DNA of 37,557 nt from a virus. Its lineage: Duplodnaviria; Heunggongvirae; Uroviricota; Caudoviricetes. Numbering within the stretch: position 1 is the stretch's first letter; each line of letters starts with the position of its first letter. The stretch lies in the IMG/VR virus record IMGVR_UViG_2588253749_000008; one strand, 5' to 3'. This document shows positions 27,674 through 36,552 of this stretch, in pieces. The position numbers were made by a program, and so were the translations under genes. The notes beneath the pieces are model-generated. The model did not search any database. It had not been told where the DNA came from and was given only the letters and a program-made list of their open reading frames with translations.

Positions 27674-27901
27674 TCATAGGCATCTCTGTGCCTTACAGTT
27701 TCCAGCCTGGCTAAACGGAATGTTAGCTAAAACTAAATCATTCTGAGCCATAGCGCGTCCTTCAAGCGCATCTTTTATGCCTAGCTCAAAAGCACAGGCA
27801 GCGCATTTGTGCCGACCTTCTTGTCCTTGATATTCAGGGAGAGACAGAAATGTTGGATTATAACGATGAGGGTTCTTGCAAATACCTGTTTTAGCCCGCA
27901 C
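27674..27901 (-). CDS. Small Cys-containing hypothetical protein, 75 aa, GTG start
   Basis: GAGG RBS 8 nt upstream; five Cys including CxxC; own terminator; sits in the variable region between cos/Q and A. Confidence 0.35.
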   Translation of the reverse strand: MRAKTGICKNPHRYNPTFLSLPEYQGQEGRHKCAACAFELGIKDALEGRAMAQNDLVLANIPFSQAGNCKAQRCL

Positions 27902-27924
27902 TTTATTTACCTCATAGGAAAAAT

Positions 27925-28011
27925 ATGCGTGCCTTTACAGAGGTGCGTGTAAGCAATAAAATATACGACGCACATTTTGATTTACTTCGGAAGGCACGCA
28001 TATCAGGTTAA
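27925..28011 (+). CDS. Possible 28-codon small ORF / leader (MRAFTEVRVSNKIYDAHFDLLRKARISG)
   Basis: AGGAAA RBS 5 nt upstream; start codon lies inside an 11-bp inverted repeat (ATGCGTGCCTT ... AAGGCACGCAT); followed by a strong terminator. Could instead be a non-coding RNA. Confidence 0.2.
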   Translation: MRAFTEVRVSNKIYDAHFDLLRKARISG

Positions 28012-28030
28012 GTGAGTCCGACCGAGTTTT

Positions 28031-28064
28031 ACGCCCCAATAGTTGCTGCTATTGGGGCGTTTTG
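28031..28064 (+). terminator. Strong rho-independent terminator (ACGCCCCAATAG ttgctg CTATTGGGGCGT TTTT)
   Basis: Perfect 12-bp stem plus T-run. Confidence 0.65.
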
Positions 28065-28265
28065 CATGGACAATGCCGCGCAATTATCTTGTCGCTCACA
28101 ATGCGAACGATCTTACAAAAAGGCACATTACTGTCAAGATAATTGATCGTTTTAATCGATAGATAATAGACAATCTATTTGTTTAACAGATCGATTATTG
28201 AAGTAAGTGTGCCAAGTGGAATGATACTGTCTCTATAAACGTGAGCATTTTTCGCGCAGATGCTT

Positions 28266-28577
28266 TTACTCAGGAAATAACGCCCGGATATTCCCAGCCA
28301 TCTGGCTGGTTATCTTAGCCACTGGTGCAGACTGTGCTTCAAACTTTTTTGAGCTGATTTGTGTCACAGGTAACATCTCATCATCAGCCCATGCGGCCAG
28401 TCGGTAAGCCTCTGCCGGATTCGTCTTCAGAAGTGCCAGCCCGGCCAGAAAAGCCACGCGTTGGCCGCTTTTGCGGGCTTCTGGTGTAAGGCTGTCCAGC
28501 CAGGCGCATGCTTCTCCTTCGTTCTTGACGGCAGCTGGCTTCAGATAGAAACTTATCCGTCTGGTTGGTGTTGTCAT
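28266..28577 (-). CDS. parR: ParR-like centromere-binding adaptor
   Basis: Start reassigned to MTTPTRR; RISFYLKPAAVKNEGEACAWLDSLTPEARKSGQRVAFLAGLALL parallels R1 ParR as recalled; AGGAG RBS inside the parM 3' end. Confidence 0.65.
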   Translation of the reverse strand: MTTPTRRISFYLKPAAVKNEGEACAWLDSLTPEARKSGQRVAFLAGLALLKTNPAEAYRLAAWADDEMLPVTQISSKKFEAQSAPVAKITSQMAGNIRALFPE

Positions 28578-28581
28578 TGGT

Positions 28582-29541
28582 TTACTCCTTGTCCATTGCG
28601 TACAGCCCATTAACCAGAGCAAACTGTGGCACCCCGTCCGCGATGAAAGTCGCATTAACTCCGCAGGCTTCGCGGATAGCGGGTGCCACAATCTCCGCCC
28701 CGCCACCGACAACCATCACCCGCCCGTAACCCGAAAAACCCGCCAGCGCGCGGATCACGCGTTGTTTCAGTGTTTCTTCCTTTTCACGAATAACCGCCAT
28801 CAGGCTGTCGTAATGCGCGTCATTGTGGATGTGCTGGCGCAGCCAGGCTTCATCATGGCGATGTTCGATAATGGTATTGGCGATGTGGTGACTGGTACGC
28901 ATACCGTTAGTGGCCATCACCGACAGTACGGCATCGGCCATCAGGGAAACGCCTACGTGTGGATCGCAAAACACCTGGCTGATACCTGCCAGTTGTCCCT
29001 GAACCTTTGCCACATCCAGCGTGGTTCCGCCTAAATCCACAATCAGCAGGGATTCAAACGGACTCATGTCAGCCAGTGCTTTAAAGCCAGCCGGAATGGA
29101 TTCAGGCATAACCCGTACGTTACGGATAGTGAATGCTTCGCCGTTCTGGTACTCCACCGGGCGCATGACGTTCGCTTTTTTGCGGTTGATGTTGGCCATG
29201 TCCGGCTGTGCGTTTGTGTCGAAATATTCGCTCAGTGGCAGGGTGACAACCACATCCACTTCCTGTGGTGTGATGCCTGATTTGACCAGCGCGTGATGAA
29301 TGGCAATGACATTCACATCGCTGTACTGGTATTGCGTGTCGGTCGTCTGGACAAAGCGATCGCTGACCGGATCAAAACCATAGCGCACGCCATCAAGCAT
29401 GTAGTTCGCGGGCTGCGTGCCACCGAACGGCGCAGACCATTCCGACTTGAAGCTGTTCGGGCTGATGGCGTTGCGGCGTTCGCCGTTCTCAGTCCATGCC
29501 AGCTTGATGTTGGTGGAGCCGTCATCGATACAAATTTTCAT
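28582..29541 (-). CDS. parM: ParM/StbA-like actin-family segregation ATPase
   Basis: 319 aa; near-identical blocks to plasmid R1 ParM as recalled (IDDGSTNIKL.W, ISPNSFK, YSDVNV.A.HHAL, MPESIPAG, L.IDLGGTTLD). Confidence 0.85.
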   Translation of the reverse strand: MKICIDDGSTNIKLAWTENGERRNAISPNSFKSEWSAPFGGTQPANYMLDGVRYGFDPVSDRFVQTTDTQYQYSDVNVIAIHHALVKSGITPQEVDVVVTLPLSEYFDTNAQPDMANINRKKANVMRPVEYQNGEAFTIRNVRVMPESIPAGFKALADMSPFESLLIVDLGGTTLDVAKVQGQLAGISQVFCDPHVGVSLMADAVLSVMATNGMRTSHHIANTIIEHRHDEAWLRQHIHNDAHYDSLMAVIREKEETLKQRVIRALAGFSGYGRVMVVGGGAEIVAPAIREACGVNATFIADGVPQFALVNGLYAMDKE

Positions 29542-29573
29542 GTCGCTTTTCCTTATGTTGATTAATTAATCGC

Positions 29574-29608
29574 TTACGGGATTCTGAAATCCCGTTTTTG
29601 CCTGTTTT
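29574..29608. repeat. 35-bp direct repeat, copy 1 (TTACGGGATTCTGAAATCCCG...), candidate parC/operator
   Basis: Contains internal palindrome GGGATT-N4-AATCCC; lies between the A stop and parM start. Confidence 0.5.
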
Positions 29609-29617
29609 ATGCGCGCT

Positions 29618-32440
29618 TCATATATCGCGGCGCGTTTTTTGCTCATTTACGGGATTTGTGAATCCCGTTTCTGTCTGTTTTTTGTTTCCACTGGTCAGGC
29701 CACCCCGCAGCAGGTCTGCTTTGCGGCGGGCGCGTTCAGTGGTTTCACTGATTCTCTGTGCGTGCTCTGCGTCGCGGATGGCGCGCAGCATGTCAGAAAG
29801 CACGGTAACGGGTGTTTTCATGGTGTTCTGGTCCTGCTGAAGTGTGGATGCCAGGCGTGCGGCGGCTTCGGGGTCTGATGCCCCCAGCTGTTCCAGATAG
29901 CTGGCGACCGGGTTATGGCGGATCTCCGTGCTGCTTACGCCGTGGTTACGGCTCAGGCGCTGCCAGAGCTGCGTGATCCGGCTGTCCGGTCGGGTATCCG
30001 GTTTGCGTACAATTTCAAATCCCTGCGGTGCAATGATGCTGCCGTCGACGTACAGACTGCCGCCCCGTAACAGGTGCTGCATCTGCTGTTCACCGATATG
30101 CAGGCCGAGAGATTCAGCAGACTCCCGCCATTCTTTAGCGAGTAACTCGTGGTTATCAGGCAAAGGCCGTGGCTGTTTGCGGCTCTGTGTCCAGTTCTGC
30201 ATTTCATCACTGCTGTTTTTTGCCTGTTTGTCACGCAGCGAACGCATCAGCGCCCGGCGTTCGTGCCGTTTCAGTGAGCGCATCCATTCATTCACGTCAA
30301 CGCCGTCAGGAAGCTGCGGCCACGGTGCTGGCCGTTCTTCCGGCTGTTCTGTCCCGTTGTTGTCCGTTTCCTGTACACGGGGACAGTTATTGCCACGAGT
30401 CCAAGGGGCGGCAGGGCCGCCCTGAAGGTCAAAACCATTTTCGCGGGCGCTGTCTTCCGCTTCCGGTTTACGTCTTACCAGCTTCCAGTTATCCGGATGT
30501 GTGCACACACGGGAAGACTCCCCGATGAGCGGTGACCAGATCCCGTAAATCTGTACGCTCTGTTCGCCGTAATCGTTCAGCTCATCTGCGAGGTCGTAGG
30601 CGGTGCGAATCAGGTAGTCTTTGCGTGGAACAAGTACGCCGCCCTGTTTTTCAATGTAGGAGGCAAAACACCCGGCATCAGCGGCAGCGAGCACTGCATC
30701 CATTGCGTCATCCTTCAGTCGTTGCGGGCCTTCCGGGTTGCGTGCCATCTGGCTGGCAAGGCGGCGCAGTTCACGCCACACCTGACGGGAGGGGATGCCA
30801 AAGAACTGGAACTGGCGGACCCGGTGAAGGCGCGCCCAGCCGATGGCGCGCTCCACGCTCTCGGCCATTGATTTTCCGGTTTCGTGGTCAACGCGTGGCT
30901 TGCCCGTTTTCGGGTCGATACCATCCACGGCGCGGCTGTCCAGGTTCTTTCCGATGTAGGTGGCGATGTAGCTGGTTGGCGTGCCTTTTGAGCCGTCGAC
31001 GTACTCCGCCTTAAAACGCGGAGTTATGTCATCGCCCAGCTCGTGGCGGTCTTCCTGAATGGCAATATCGCAGACGTGGGACACGATGGTTTCAATCTCG
31101 TCCGGATGTGCAAAGACCATCATATGCCAGTGCACAGTGCCGTCATGGTGAGGCTCCACCGTGCGGATGCCATACCAGCGAAGACCGTCGCGGTTCAGTT
31201 TTTTGCGGACCGCCGCAAAAAACGTGTTAACCAGGTAATCGCTGGAGTCGCGCATGGTGGCCCCGTTCCATTTGGGATTCGGATGACCGTTCTCTGTTGT
31301 GGCGTGGTATTTTGACGGGCAGGTGACAGTCAGAAACACCGCTCTGTCGCCACGGGCTTCGGCCAGAAGTTCCAGTCCCTTCATGGTGGCCATCATTTCT
31401 GCCTTACGGTGAACCGGGTTACTTACTCCCGCGTAATACACCGTCTCGAGATCAATCGTGAACCCGTCTTCATTTTCCAGCATGAAACTTTTCAGGAAAT
31501 CGCGTGTTTTCTCGCGCTGTGCGCGAAACTCGCTTAACGCGTCCTGGCTCAGATAGGGTGATGTTTTTCTGGAAACCAGACAGGCGGCGCGGAGTTGTTC
31601 TTCTCTCCACTCGCAACGTAACAGCCACAGTTTGCGTTTCCACCATTCCGCACAGGTCAGGCGAAGGATTGCGCCCGGCAGCAGCTCCGTGTCCGGTTCG
31701 TTCCTCCGGTCTTTGTCTGTTGTCAGTGCGTCATAATGTGGAGGCATGGCGTGCAGGTGTAACGCCATGCGGGCCAGCATCTGATACGCCTTCAGCGTTA
31801 CATCCATGGTCAGTTCGCCATCAGTAGCGCCAAAGCCATCGCAGAGTTTTTCGAAGGTGCTGCTGAACATCGCCGCCGTCATGGTGGCCAGCGTCTGTAT
31901 CTGGTGTTTGTTGAGCTGCGGCAGGTAAAGCAAATCGTCCAGGCGTTCGCGTCCGGCAAGGGAGCGATAACCCGGTGTCAGCCAGCGGTGATCGGTGCGG
32001 TCCAGACGTTCGAATATTTTGCGCAGGGTTCCGCGCGCGTAGCGTTCCGCCTGCCAGCTCTTTTTGCCTTTCTGACGATCGGCTTCCTGCTTCTTGCGCA
32101 GGAAGGAGAGGTGGCGAATAAGCGGATCGCGCAGATAGGACGGCAGCAGGCGCAGCGAGGCCATGGCTTCATCCACCGCGCCGCGTGCCTGTTTTCTGGC
32201 GTCTCCTGCCAGTGTGATGGTTTTGTCCTGTTTTTCCTGTGCGTCCAGGCTTTTATTAATCAGGTTGCCCAGCGGCGTGGCGGAGAACGCCGCATCAGCC
32301 ATTTCCTGGCGGCGCTCGTTCTCTACCCGGTAGGCATCCAGCCAGGAGGAAAGCGCGGATTCAGGAGCGGAGATCCCCGTTCCTTCACGCCCCACTGCGT
32401 GGCGCGGTTGTTGCCAGTCCCTGATGTACTCTGCCGTCAT
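29618..32440 (-). CDS. A: Replication initiation endonuclease gpA (rolling-circle HUH nickase)
   Basis: 940-aa ORF containing the HxH motif (VHWHMMVF) and conserved gpA blocks; true start may be downstream of 32440. Confidence 0.85.
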   Translation of the reverse strand: MTAEYIRDWQQPRHAVGREGTGISAPESALSSWLDAYRVENERRQEMADAAFSATPLGNLINKSLDAQEKQDKTITLAGDARKQARGAVDEAMASLRLLPSYLRDPLIRHLSFLRKKQEADRQKGKKSWQAERYARGTLRKIFERLDRTDHRWLTPGYRSLAGRERLDDLLYLPQLNKHQIQTLATMTAAMFSSTFEKLCDGFGATDGELTMDVTLKAYQMLARMALHLHAMPPHYDALTTDKDRRNEPDTELLPGAILRLTCAEWWKRKLWLLRCEWREEQLRAACLVSRKTSPYLSQDALSEFRAQREKTRDFLKSFMLENEDGFTIDLETVYYAGVSNPVHRKAEMMATMKGLELLAEARGDRAVFLTVTCPSKYHATTENGHPNPKWNGATMRDSSDYLVNTFFAAVRKKLNRDGLRWYGIRTVEPHHDGTVHWHMMVFAHPDEIETIVSHVCDIAIQEDRHELGDDITPRFKAEYVDGSKGTPTSYIATYIGKNLDSRAVDGIDPKTGKPRVDHETGKSMAESVERAIGWARLHRVRQFQFFGIPSRQVWRELRRLASQMARNPEGPQRLKDDAMDAVLAAADAGCFASYIEKQGGVLVPRKDYLIRTAYDLADELNDYGEQSVQIYGIWSPLIGESSRVCTHPDNWKLVRRKPEAEDSARENGFDLQGGPAAPWTRGNNCPRVQETDNNGTEQPEERPAPWPQLPDGVDVNEWMRSLKRHERRALMRSLRDKQAKNSSDEMQNWTQSRKQPRPLPDNHELLAKEWRESAESLGLHIGEQQMQHLLRGGSLYVDGSIIAPQGFEIVRKPDTRPDSRITQLWQRLSRNHGVSSTEIRHNPVASYLEQLGASDPEAAARLASTLQQDQNTMKTPVTVLSDMLRAIRDAEHAQRISETTERARRKADLLRGGLTSGNKKQTETGFTNPVNEQKTRRDI
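29647..29681. repeat. 35-bp direct repeat, copy 2 (29 of 35 identical), inside the 3' end of gene A
   Basis: Same palindrome-containing unit; overlaps the last ~20 codons of A. Confidence 0.5.
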
Positions 32441-32446
32441 AGTGAT

Positions 32447-32812
32447 TTACTTCGTCATGCCATTCAGGGTGTCGCGGCAGACTGTAGCCAGCCGCTGAAT
32501 TTCCAGCACGGTGTCTTCTGTGTCGGCATGGCGATGTGTGATGCGGATGCTGTCGGCAATCACATCGACGATTGCAGAGGATGGGCGCTGGTAAATGCCA
32601 ATAACGGACGGGGTGCCACCTTCAATGCGGTAAAGCCTGTAATTTCCCTCGTGGCTGTCAATCATGTAGCGACCATCAATAACAATCTTTCCGTCAGCGA
32701 GCTGCGGTACAGGCAGGGATTTCAGGTACATGTCATAACGATCACGCACGCGAGCGGCAAGATCACGCTCTGTGTTGAGCAGGTATTCAAGAAAGTCGTT
32801 GGCGAGAATCAT
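32447..32812 (-). CDS. Early-region hypothetical protein
   Basis: 121-aa ORF, stop 7 nt upstream of A. Confidence 0.5.
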   Translation of the reverse strand: MILANDFLEYLLNTERDLAARVRDRYDMYLKSLPVPQLADGKIVIDGRYMIDSHEGNYRLYRIEGGTPSVIGIYQRPSSAIVDVIADSIRITHRHADTEDTVLEIQRLATVCRDTLNGMTK

Positions 32813-32884
32813 TGCGGCAATCCTCTTGTTACAGATGTGCGAAGGCCTCCCGCCGCAAGGTGCAGGAAAGGCCCGGAACAGGAA

Positions 32885-33115
32885 TTAATGGAGTTTGTTT
32901 TGCTGCTGGATGAGCTGTTGAAGCTCGTGCAGATCATCCGCCAGATAGCTGAAAACAGAGGCGGAATAAATGTTTGATAGTGCGTGGCTGCGCTCATGCA
33001 ACATATTGATGTGCATGATTTGCGCGACGCGTGATGCGCGGGAAAGTCTGCGGTTGATTTCAGTCTGGATGTGACGACGCTCCGCGATAGCGCGGTGTGG
33101 TTTGCGGTTTGCCAT
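32885..33115 (-). CDS. Early-region hypothetical protein
   Basis: 76-aa ORF, same strand as neighbours. Confidence 0.4.
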   Translation of the reverse strand: MANRKPHRAIAERRHIQTEINRRLSRASRVAQIMHINMLHERSHALSNIYSASVFSYLADDLHELQQLIQQQNKLH

Positions 33116-33294
33116 GGTGTGGCCCCTTGTGTAGTAAGTTGTGAAAACTCACCATCCAGAGCTGCGAAACTGTGGGTGGCGAGACGTACGAGGTTCGCAG
33201 TACCGGCTACACAAGAACCCGGCCCGACCGAAGTCGGCCCCGTACGCCCCGCCATAATTCTGACGCGAAAAAAACGTGGCAATACAGTACGCAC

Positions 33295-33320
33295 AAAAAA
33301 ACCGCTGGCGCGGTTGTGCG
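33295..33320 (-). terminator. Putative minus-strand terminator (AACCGCGCCAGCGGTT + TTTTTTTG)
   Basis: Hairpin plus T-run within the structured intergenic region. Confidence 0.4.
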
Positions 33321-33437
33321 CTTGTGTAGTCAGCAGGCTGCGAAACCCGGCACCCGTTTTGTGAGGTGCAGCGGAAATGTAACCTGACTGATTGCGGCAT
33401 GGCAAGCGGTTTTTTTGTGTGTGCATGTTCTGGTTTC

Positions 33438-33737
33438 TTAGTGGTTCAGAAAAAAATCAAAAACCTTGTCAATGCGTTGCAGCAGCTCTTGCTGTATTGC
33501 TTTCGGCGTTTCCGGTTCGCCTGGCGCCTCCAACGTCGCGCAGAAATCCTCGATTTCATGACGGAGCGTCAGGCGAATGGCGAGAGGTGTGGTTCTGGCG
33601 TGCTCCAGCTCATCCAGCAGCGCCAGCACAGCAGACGGCGAGAGCATTGCGCGAAACGCCAGTAATTTTTGAGGCGTTGCCATTCGTTGCAGGTCAGTCG
33701 CCAGTTCGCGTAATTCCTGGTGGTTGATGGCGCTCAT
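33438..33737 (-). CDS. Early-region hypothetical protein
   Basis: 99-aa ORF, stop overlaps the next gene start. Confidence 0.5.
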   Translation of the reverse strand: MSAINHQELRELATDLQRMATPQKLLAFRAMLSPSAVLALLDELEHARTTPLAIRLTLRHEIEDFCATLEAPGEPETPKAIQQELLQRIDKVFDFFLNH

Positions 33738-33979
33738 GCTCTGGCTTCCTTCAGTAGCTGGTTAAACGTGTTGGTAAGTGGATTGCCGCACCCGAACGGC
33801 ATCGGGTTTATCTGGTAAGAAAAGCGACCGCCTGTTTTGCGCTCTTTTCTTATGACTGAACCGCTGCGCCAGAGTCGGCGTAACTCCGCATTAATGGCTG
33901 TGGTTGGGGTATTCAGTGCTGCGGCGATTTCTCCACCGCTACACCCCGGATTGGCGGCGATATAGTCCAGAATGGTCAT
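33734..33979 (-). CDS. Early-region small protein, possibly winged-helix DNA-binding
   Basis: 81-aa ORF, overlapping stop/start with neighbours. Confidence 0.45.
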   Translation of the reverse strand: MTILDYIAANPGCSGGEIAAALNTPTTAINAELRRLWRSGSVIRKERKTGGRFSYQINPMPFGCGNPLTNTFNQLLKEARA

Positions 33980-34179
33980 CTGCGTGACTCCTGTACCTGT
34001 CGGATAAGGTTCACCCGCACCACATTCGTGGCGCAGAAGTAAGTGCCGTCAGTGAGATAGATGTGATGTGCATCCTTTTCTGAACGGTGTTTGTCGATTG
34101 TGGTAATCAGGCGTTCGTCGACTTCGTATTCACGCCCTCTGGAGGTAAAACGAACGACAGGAAAATGCTTAATTGCCAT
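33976..34179 (-). CDS. Early-region hypothetical protein
   Basis: 67-aa ORF. Confidence 0.4.
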   Translation of the reverse strand: MAIKHFPVVRFTSRGREYEVDERLITTIDKHRSEKDAHHIYLTDGTYFCATNVVRVNLIRQVQESRR

Positions 34180-34375
34180 TACGCCTCCTTGGCGTGTGCG
34201 AATACCTCCGCGAATGCGGATTGTTTTTACATTTTCTTATTTAATCTGTGGTTTTATTTGCTCTGTTATTCGCCAGTGAAAAAGCGTTCAATCTTTTTTA
34301 TTGAATGAATAATTCGCATAATCCCAATAGCGCAGGCCACCGAAATAATCAGAACAAGCCATGAGATAAATATAC

Positions 34376-34618
34376 TCATGCGATATTCCCCAGCTCATAC
34401 GGTTCAATATGTTCCCCGCATTCTGCGGCACAGATCAGCTCGGAAAGTTCGTTAAGTGCATCCAGATCATCAGCGTAAAAAGCCACGTCATACAGACTTC
34501 GGATTGCTCTGGTCAATGAGTCACGGGCCGCACGTTCAGCATGAGCGCCTGATGCACTTAAGCGAAAATAAAAGCGCTCAAGTGCTTTGTTAATGAGAGT
34601 TTTATATTCTTTGCCCAT
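34376..34618 (-). CDS. Early-region hypothetical protein
   Basis: 80-aa ORF. Confidence 0.45.
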   Translation of the reverse strand: MGKEYKTLINKALERFYFRLSASGAHAERAARDSLTRAIRSLYDVAFYADDLDALNELSELICAAECGEHIEPYELGNIA

Positions 34619-34629
34619 CGCAACGCCCT

Positions 34630-34917
34630 TTAATCTGCTTTCTGAATTTCAGTTTCTGAATCCATACAGATAATTTCGATATAGGGTTTATCGCCATTAA
34701 CCTGACGAGCCTTTTCAGCTTCGCTAATGATTTCGCGTACGGTCTGGTACGGAAGTTCCACGATCAGTCGCGTGCCGTTCAGATAAACGTAAGTGGCTTC
34801 GGCGGCTCCGTTTTTCCCCGCCGGAGCCACTCCATCAATAGCGGATGCGCGTAATAACAGTTCACCGCGAAAATCAATAAAGCGGATAAATACACCTTGA
34901 GTATGGTCTTTAGTCAT
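34630..34917 (-). CDS. Early-region hypothetical protein
   Basis: Start reassigned to MTKDHTQG to avoid a 50-nt overlap with the upstream gene. Confidence 0.45.
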   Translation of the reverse strand: MTKDHTQGVFIRFIDFRGELLLRASAIDGVAPAGKNGAAEATYVYLNGTRLIVELPYQTVREIISEAEKARQVNGDKPYIEIICMDSETEIQKAD

Positions 34918-34927
34918 AAAGCACCTG

Positions 34928-35269
34928 TTATAAATCAGCCTGTTTAATAAAACTCTGTCCACGCAGCAGACGATCAACCGTGCGAAGCGCTTCGTATAAT
35001 GTGAAATCCTGCCCGAACTGATTGTCGCCGCTGCTCAGAGCAAAAATGCGGTTTCCGGTAAACGGATTGCGCGGGCATTTGTGGACCACGATTCCAGCTT
35101 TCTCAATCAGCCAGGCATGCTCGCCGATTTGTTTTACTGGGTAGCCATCCGGCGTTGCGTGTGTATCACTCAGGCTGTAGCGGATGTTGCTGCGTGATGC
35201 ACTGGTAGCAAAACGGTTAGCGTGGCGTTCTGCACCATTGCGAAAGCGTGAATTACGTTGCTGTTTCAT
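34928..35269 (-). CDS. Early-region hypothetical protein
   Basis: 113-aa ORF. Confidence 0.45.
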   Translation of the reverse strand: MKQQRNSRFRNGAERHANRFATSASRSNIRYSLSDTHATPDGYPVKQIGEHAWLIEKAGIVVHKCPRNPFTGNRIFALSSGDNQFGQDFTLYEALRTVDRLLRGQSFIKQADL

Positions 35270-35521
35270 GTTAAAGACTCTGTACAGATTTAATTATTCC
35301 GGCATAGAGGCCGAACTCAAAATATTTGCGATTAAATCGCATCGCATTGTTTTCACGTTTTGCGGACTGCTGGTTCATTTTCGTTTGCCTCCGCACATGA
35401 GAATTGCGCCGCTTAAGAGGTAACCGAAGTTAATTGATAGTATTACAATTAACATAAGGTCCAATTTGTCCATGCCACACATAATTACCCTCATTGCAGT
35501 AGTTGTGGGTTGTCAGGTTTC

Positions 35522-35728
35522 TCACCCGATAAACCAGATAACAAACGCTATCAACATCGCCCCAATAGCTGCCGGGAAAAGTCCTTTGGTATAAGCGGCG
35601 ATATATTCAATGCTGAGTTCAATAAAGCGTTCTTTATGTCCCGTTAACTTGCGAAACAAATAGATCTCTATTACGCCTATCTCAATAAAAACAAGGGTCA
35701 GAATGGCGCTGATGATATGGCTGGTCAT
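35522..35728 (-). CDS. Small two-TM membrane protein next to cox
   Basis: 68-aa hydrophobic ORF. Confidence 0.45.
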   Translation of the reverse strand: MTSHIISAILTLVFIEIGVIEIYLFRKLTGHKERFIELSIEYIAAYTKGLFPAAIGAMLIAFVIWFIG

Positions 35729-35734
35729 TTATGA

Positions 35735-36022
35735 CTAAAGTCCTAGCCACAACAACCATGCGTCGCGGCGTTCTTTCGGTTGCTCAAAAAACGCTTTGCG
35801 CATGCCTTCGTTAAATGCTGGCAGATATACCCAGTTTTCTGATGCACGCGTCTTTACTGAACCTGGTTTCACAAAGTCAATTGTTGGTAGCTTTGCTGCG
35901 TCAATCATGGTTCTGACTGTGGATTCCTTGCGGCCGATCATCTTGGCGAATAGTTGATATGGCACCGCTTCAAGTGGATATGGTGCTACCTGAATGAACC
36001 CCCCAAGCTCTGATTCGCTCAT
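35735..36022 (-). CDS. cox: Cox-like excisionase / transcriptional switch protein
   Basis: Blocks match P2 Cox as recalled (PYQ.FAK.IG, WVYLPA.N, RD.WL.WLGL). Confidence 0.8.
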   Translation of the reverse strand: MSESELGGFIQVAPYPLEAVPYQLFAKMIGRKESTVRTMIDAAKLPTIDFVKPGSVKTRASENWVYLPAFNEGMRKAFFEQPKERRDAWLLWLGL

Positions 36023-36096
36023 TGTGGTAATCTCCCTAATTCGTTCGAATGGCTCAAAATGGCTTATATCGGCTTATTTGAGTGTTTTTATGTTTG

Positions 36097-36142
36097 TGCC
36101 CGATGTGGCATGTTGTGATGGGGGATATGCCCGATATGGCAT
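36097..36142. promoter_or_regulatory. Operator-like direct repeats in the cox/C switch region (TGCCCGATRTGGCAT x2)
   Basis: Two 15-bp copies spaced 31 bp apart; second copy overlaps the C start codon. Confidence 0.4.
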
Positions 36143-36456
36143 CTTTGTCAAGCATGGGTGAAAAATTTCGCCTGATTCGTGAAGCAGAAGGTATGACCCG
36201 CCAGGAGTTTGCGGATTGTGTTGGGCTGCCTTATGGGACGGTAACTAACTATGAGGTGAGGGGGAAGCAAGTAACAGAGGGTGCCTTACTTAAGGTTACG
36301 AAACACCCTAAATTTAAGAAGTATGCTTATTGGTTATCAACAGATGAAACGATGCCGGAGGTCGGGCAAATTTCTCCGGCTCTCTCTCTTGATGGTTCCT
36401 GCAATTCGGAGGGAGATCGCGTTTCAACCGAAACAATCCAAAAATTATCCCGCTGA
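36136..36456 (+). CDS. C: Immunity repressor C (HTH)
   Basis: Similarity to P2 C as recalled (EK..L.R...R..AD..G.PYGT...YE, QI.PAL); start reassigned to MASLSS. Confidence 0.8.
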   Translation: MASLSSMGEKFRLIREAEGMTRQEFADCVGLPYGTVTNYEVRGKQVTEGALLKVTKHPKFKKYAYWLSTDETMPEVGQISPALSLDGSCNSEGDRVSTETIQKLSR

Positions 36457-36552
36457 GGCCAGAAAACTGGTTAGACCTGCTTTTTGTCTGGTCTGATTAT
36501 TGCTGGAAAGAGGCTGGAGAAATTGTAGAGCGGTTCATTGGAGGGCTTCGTA

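Noticed and set aside
27900-28265. LexA/SOS box controlling a tum-like antirepressor (as in phage 186)
   Set aside because: No CTGT-N8-ACAG match found by eye.
31904-32977. 357-aa plus-strand ORF antisense to replication gene A
   Set aside because: Nested antisense ORF; the A frame carries the conserved HUH motif.
33116-33437. Retron msr/msd non-coding RNA
   Set aside because: Inverted repeats are present but no reverse-transcriptase ORF exists anywhere in the window.
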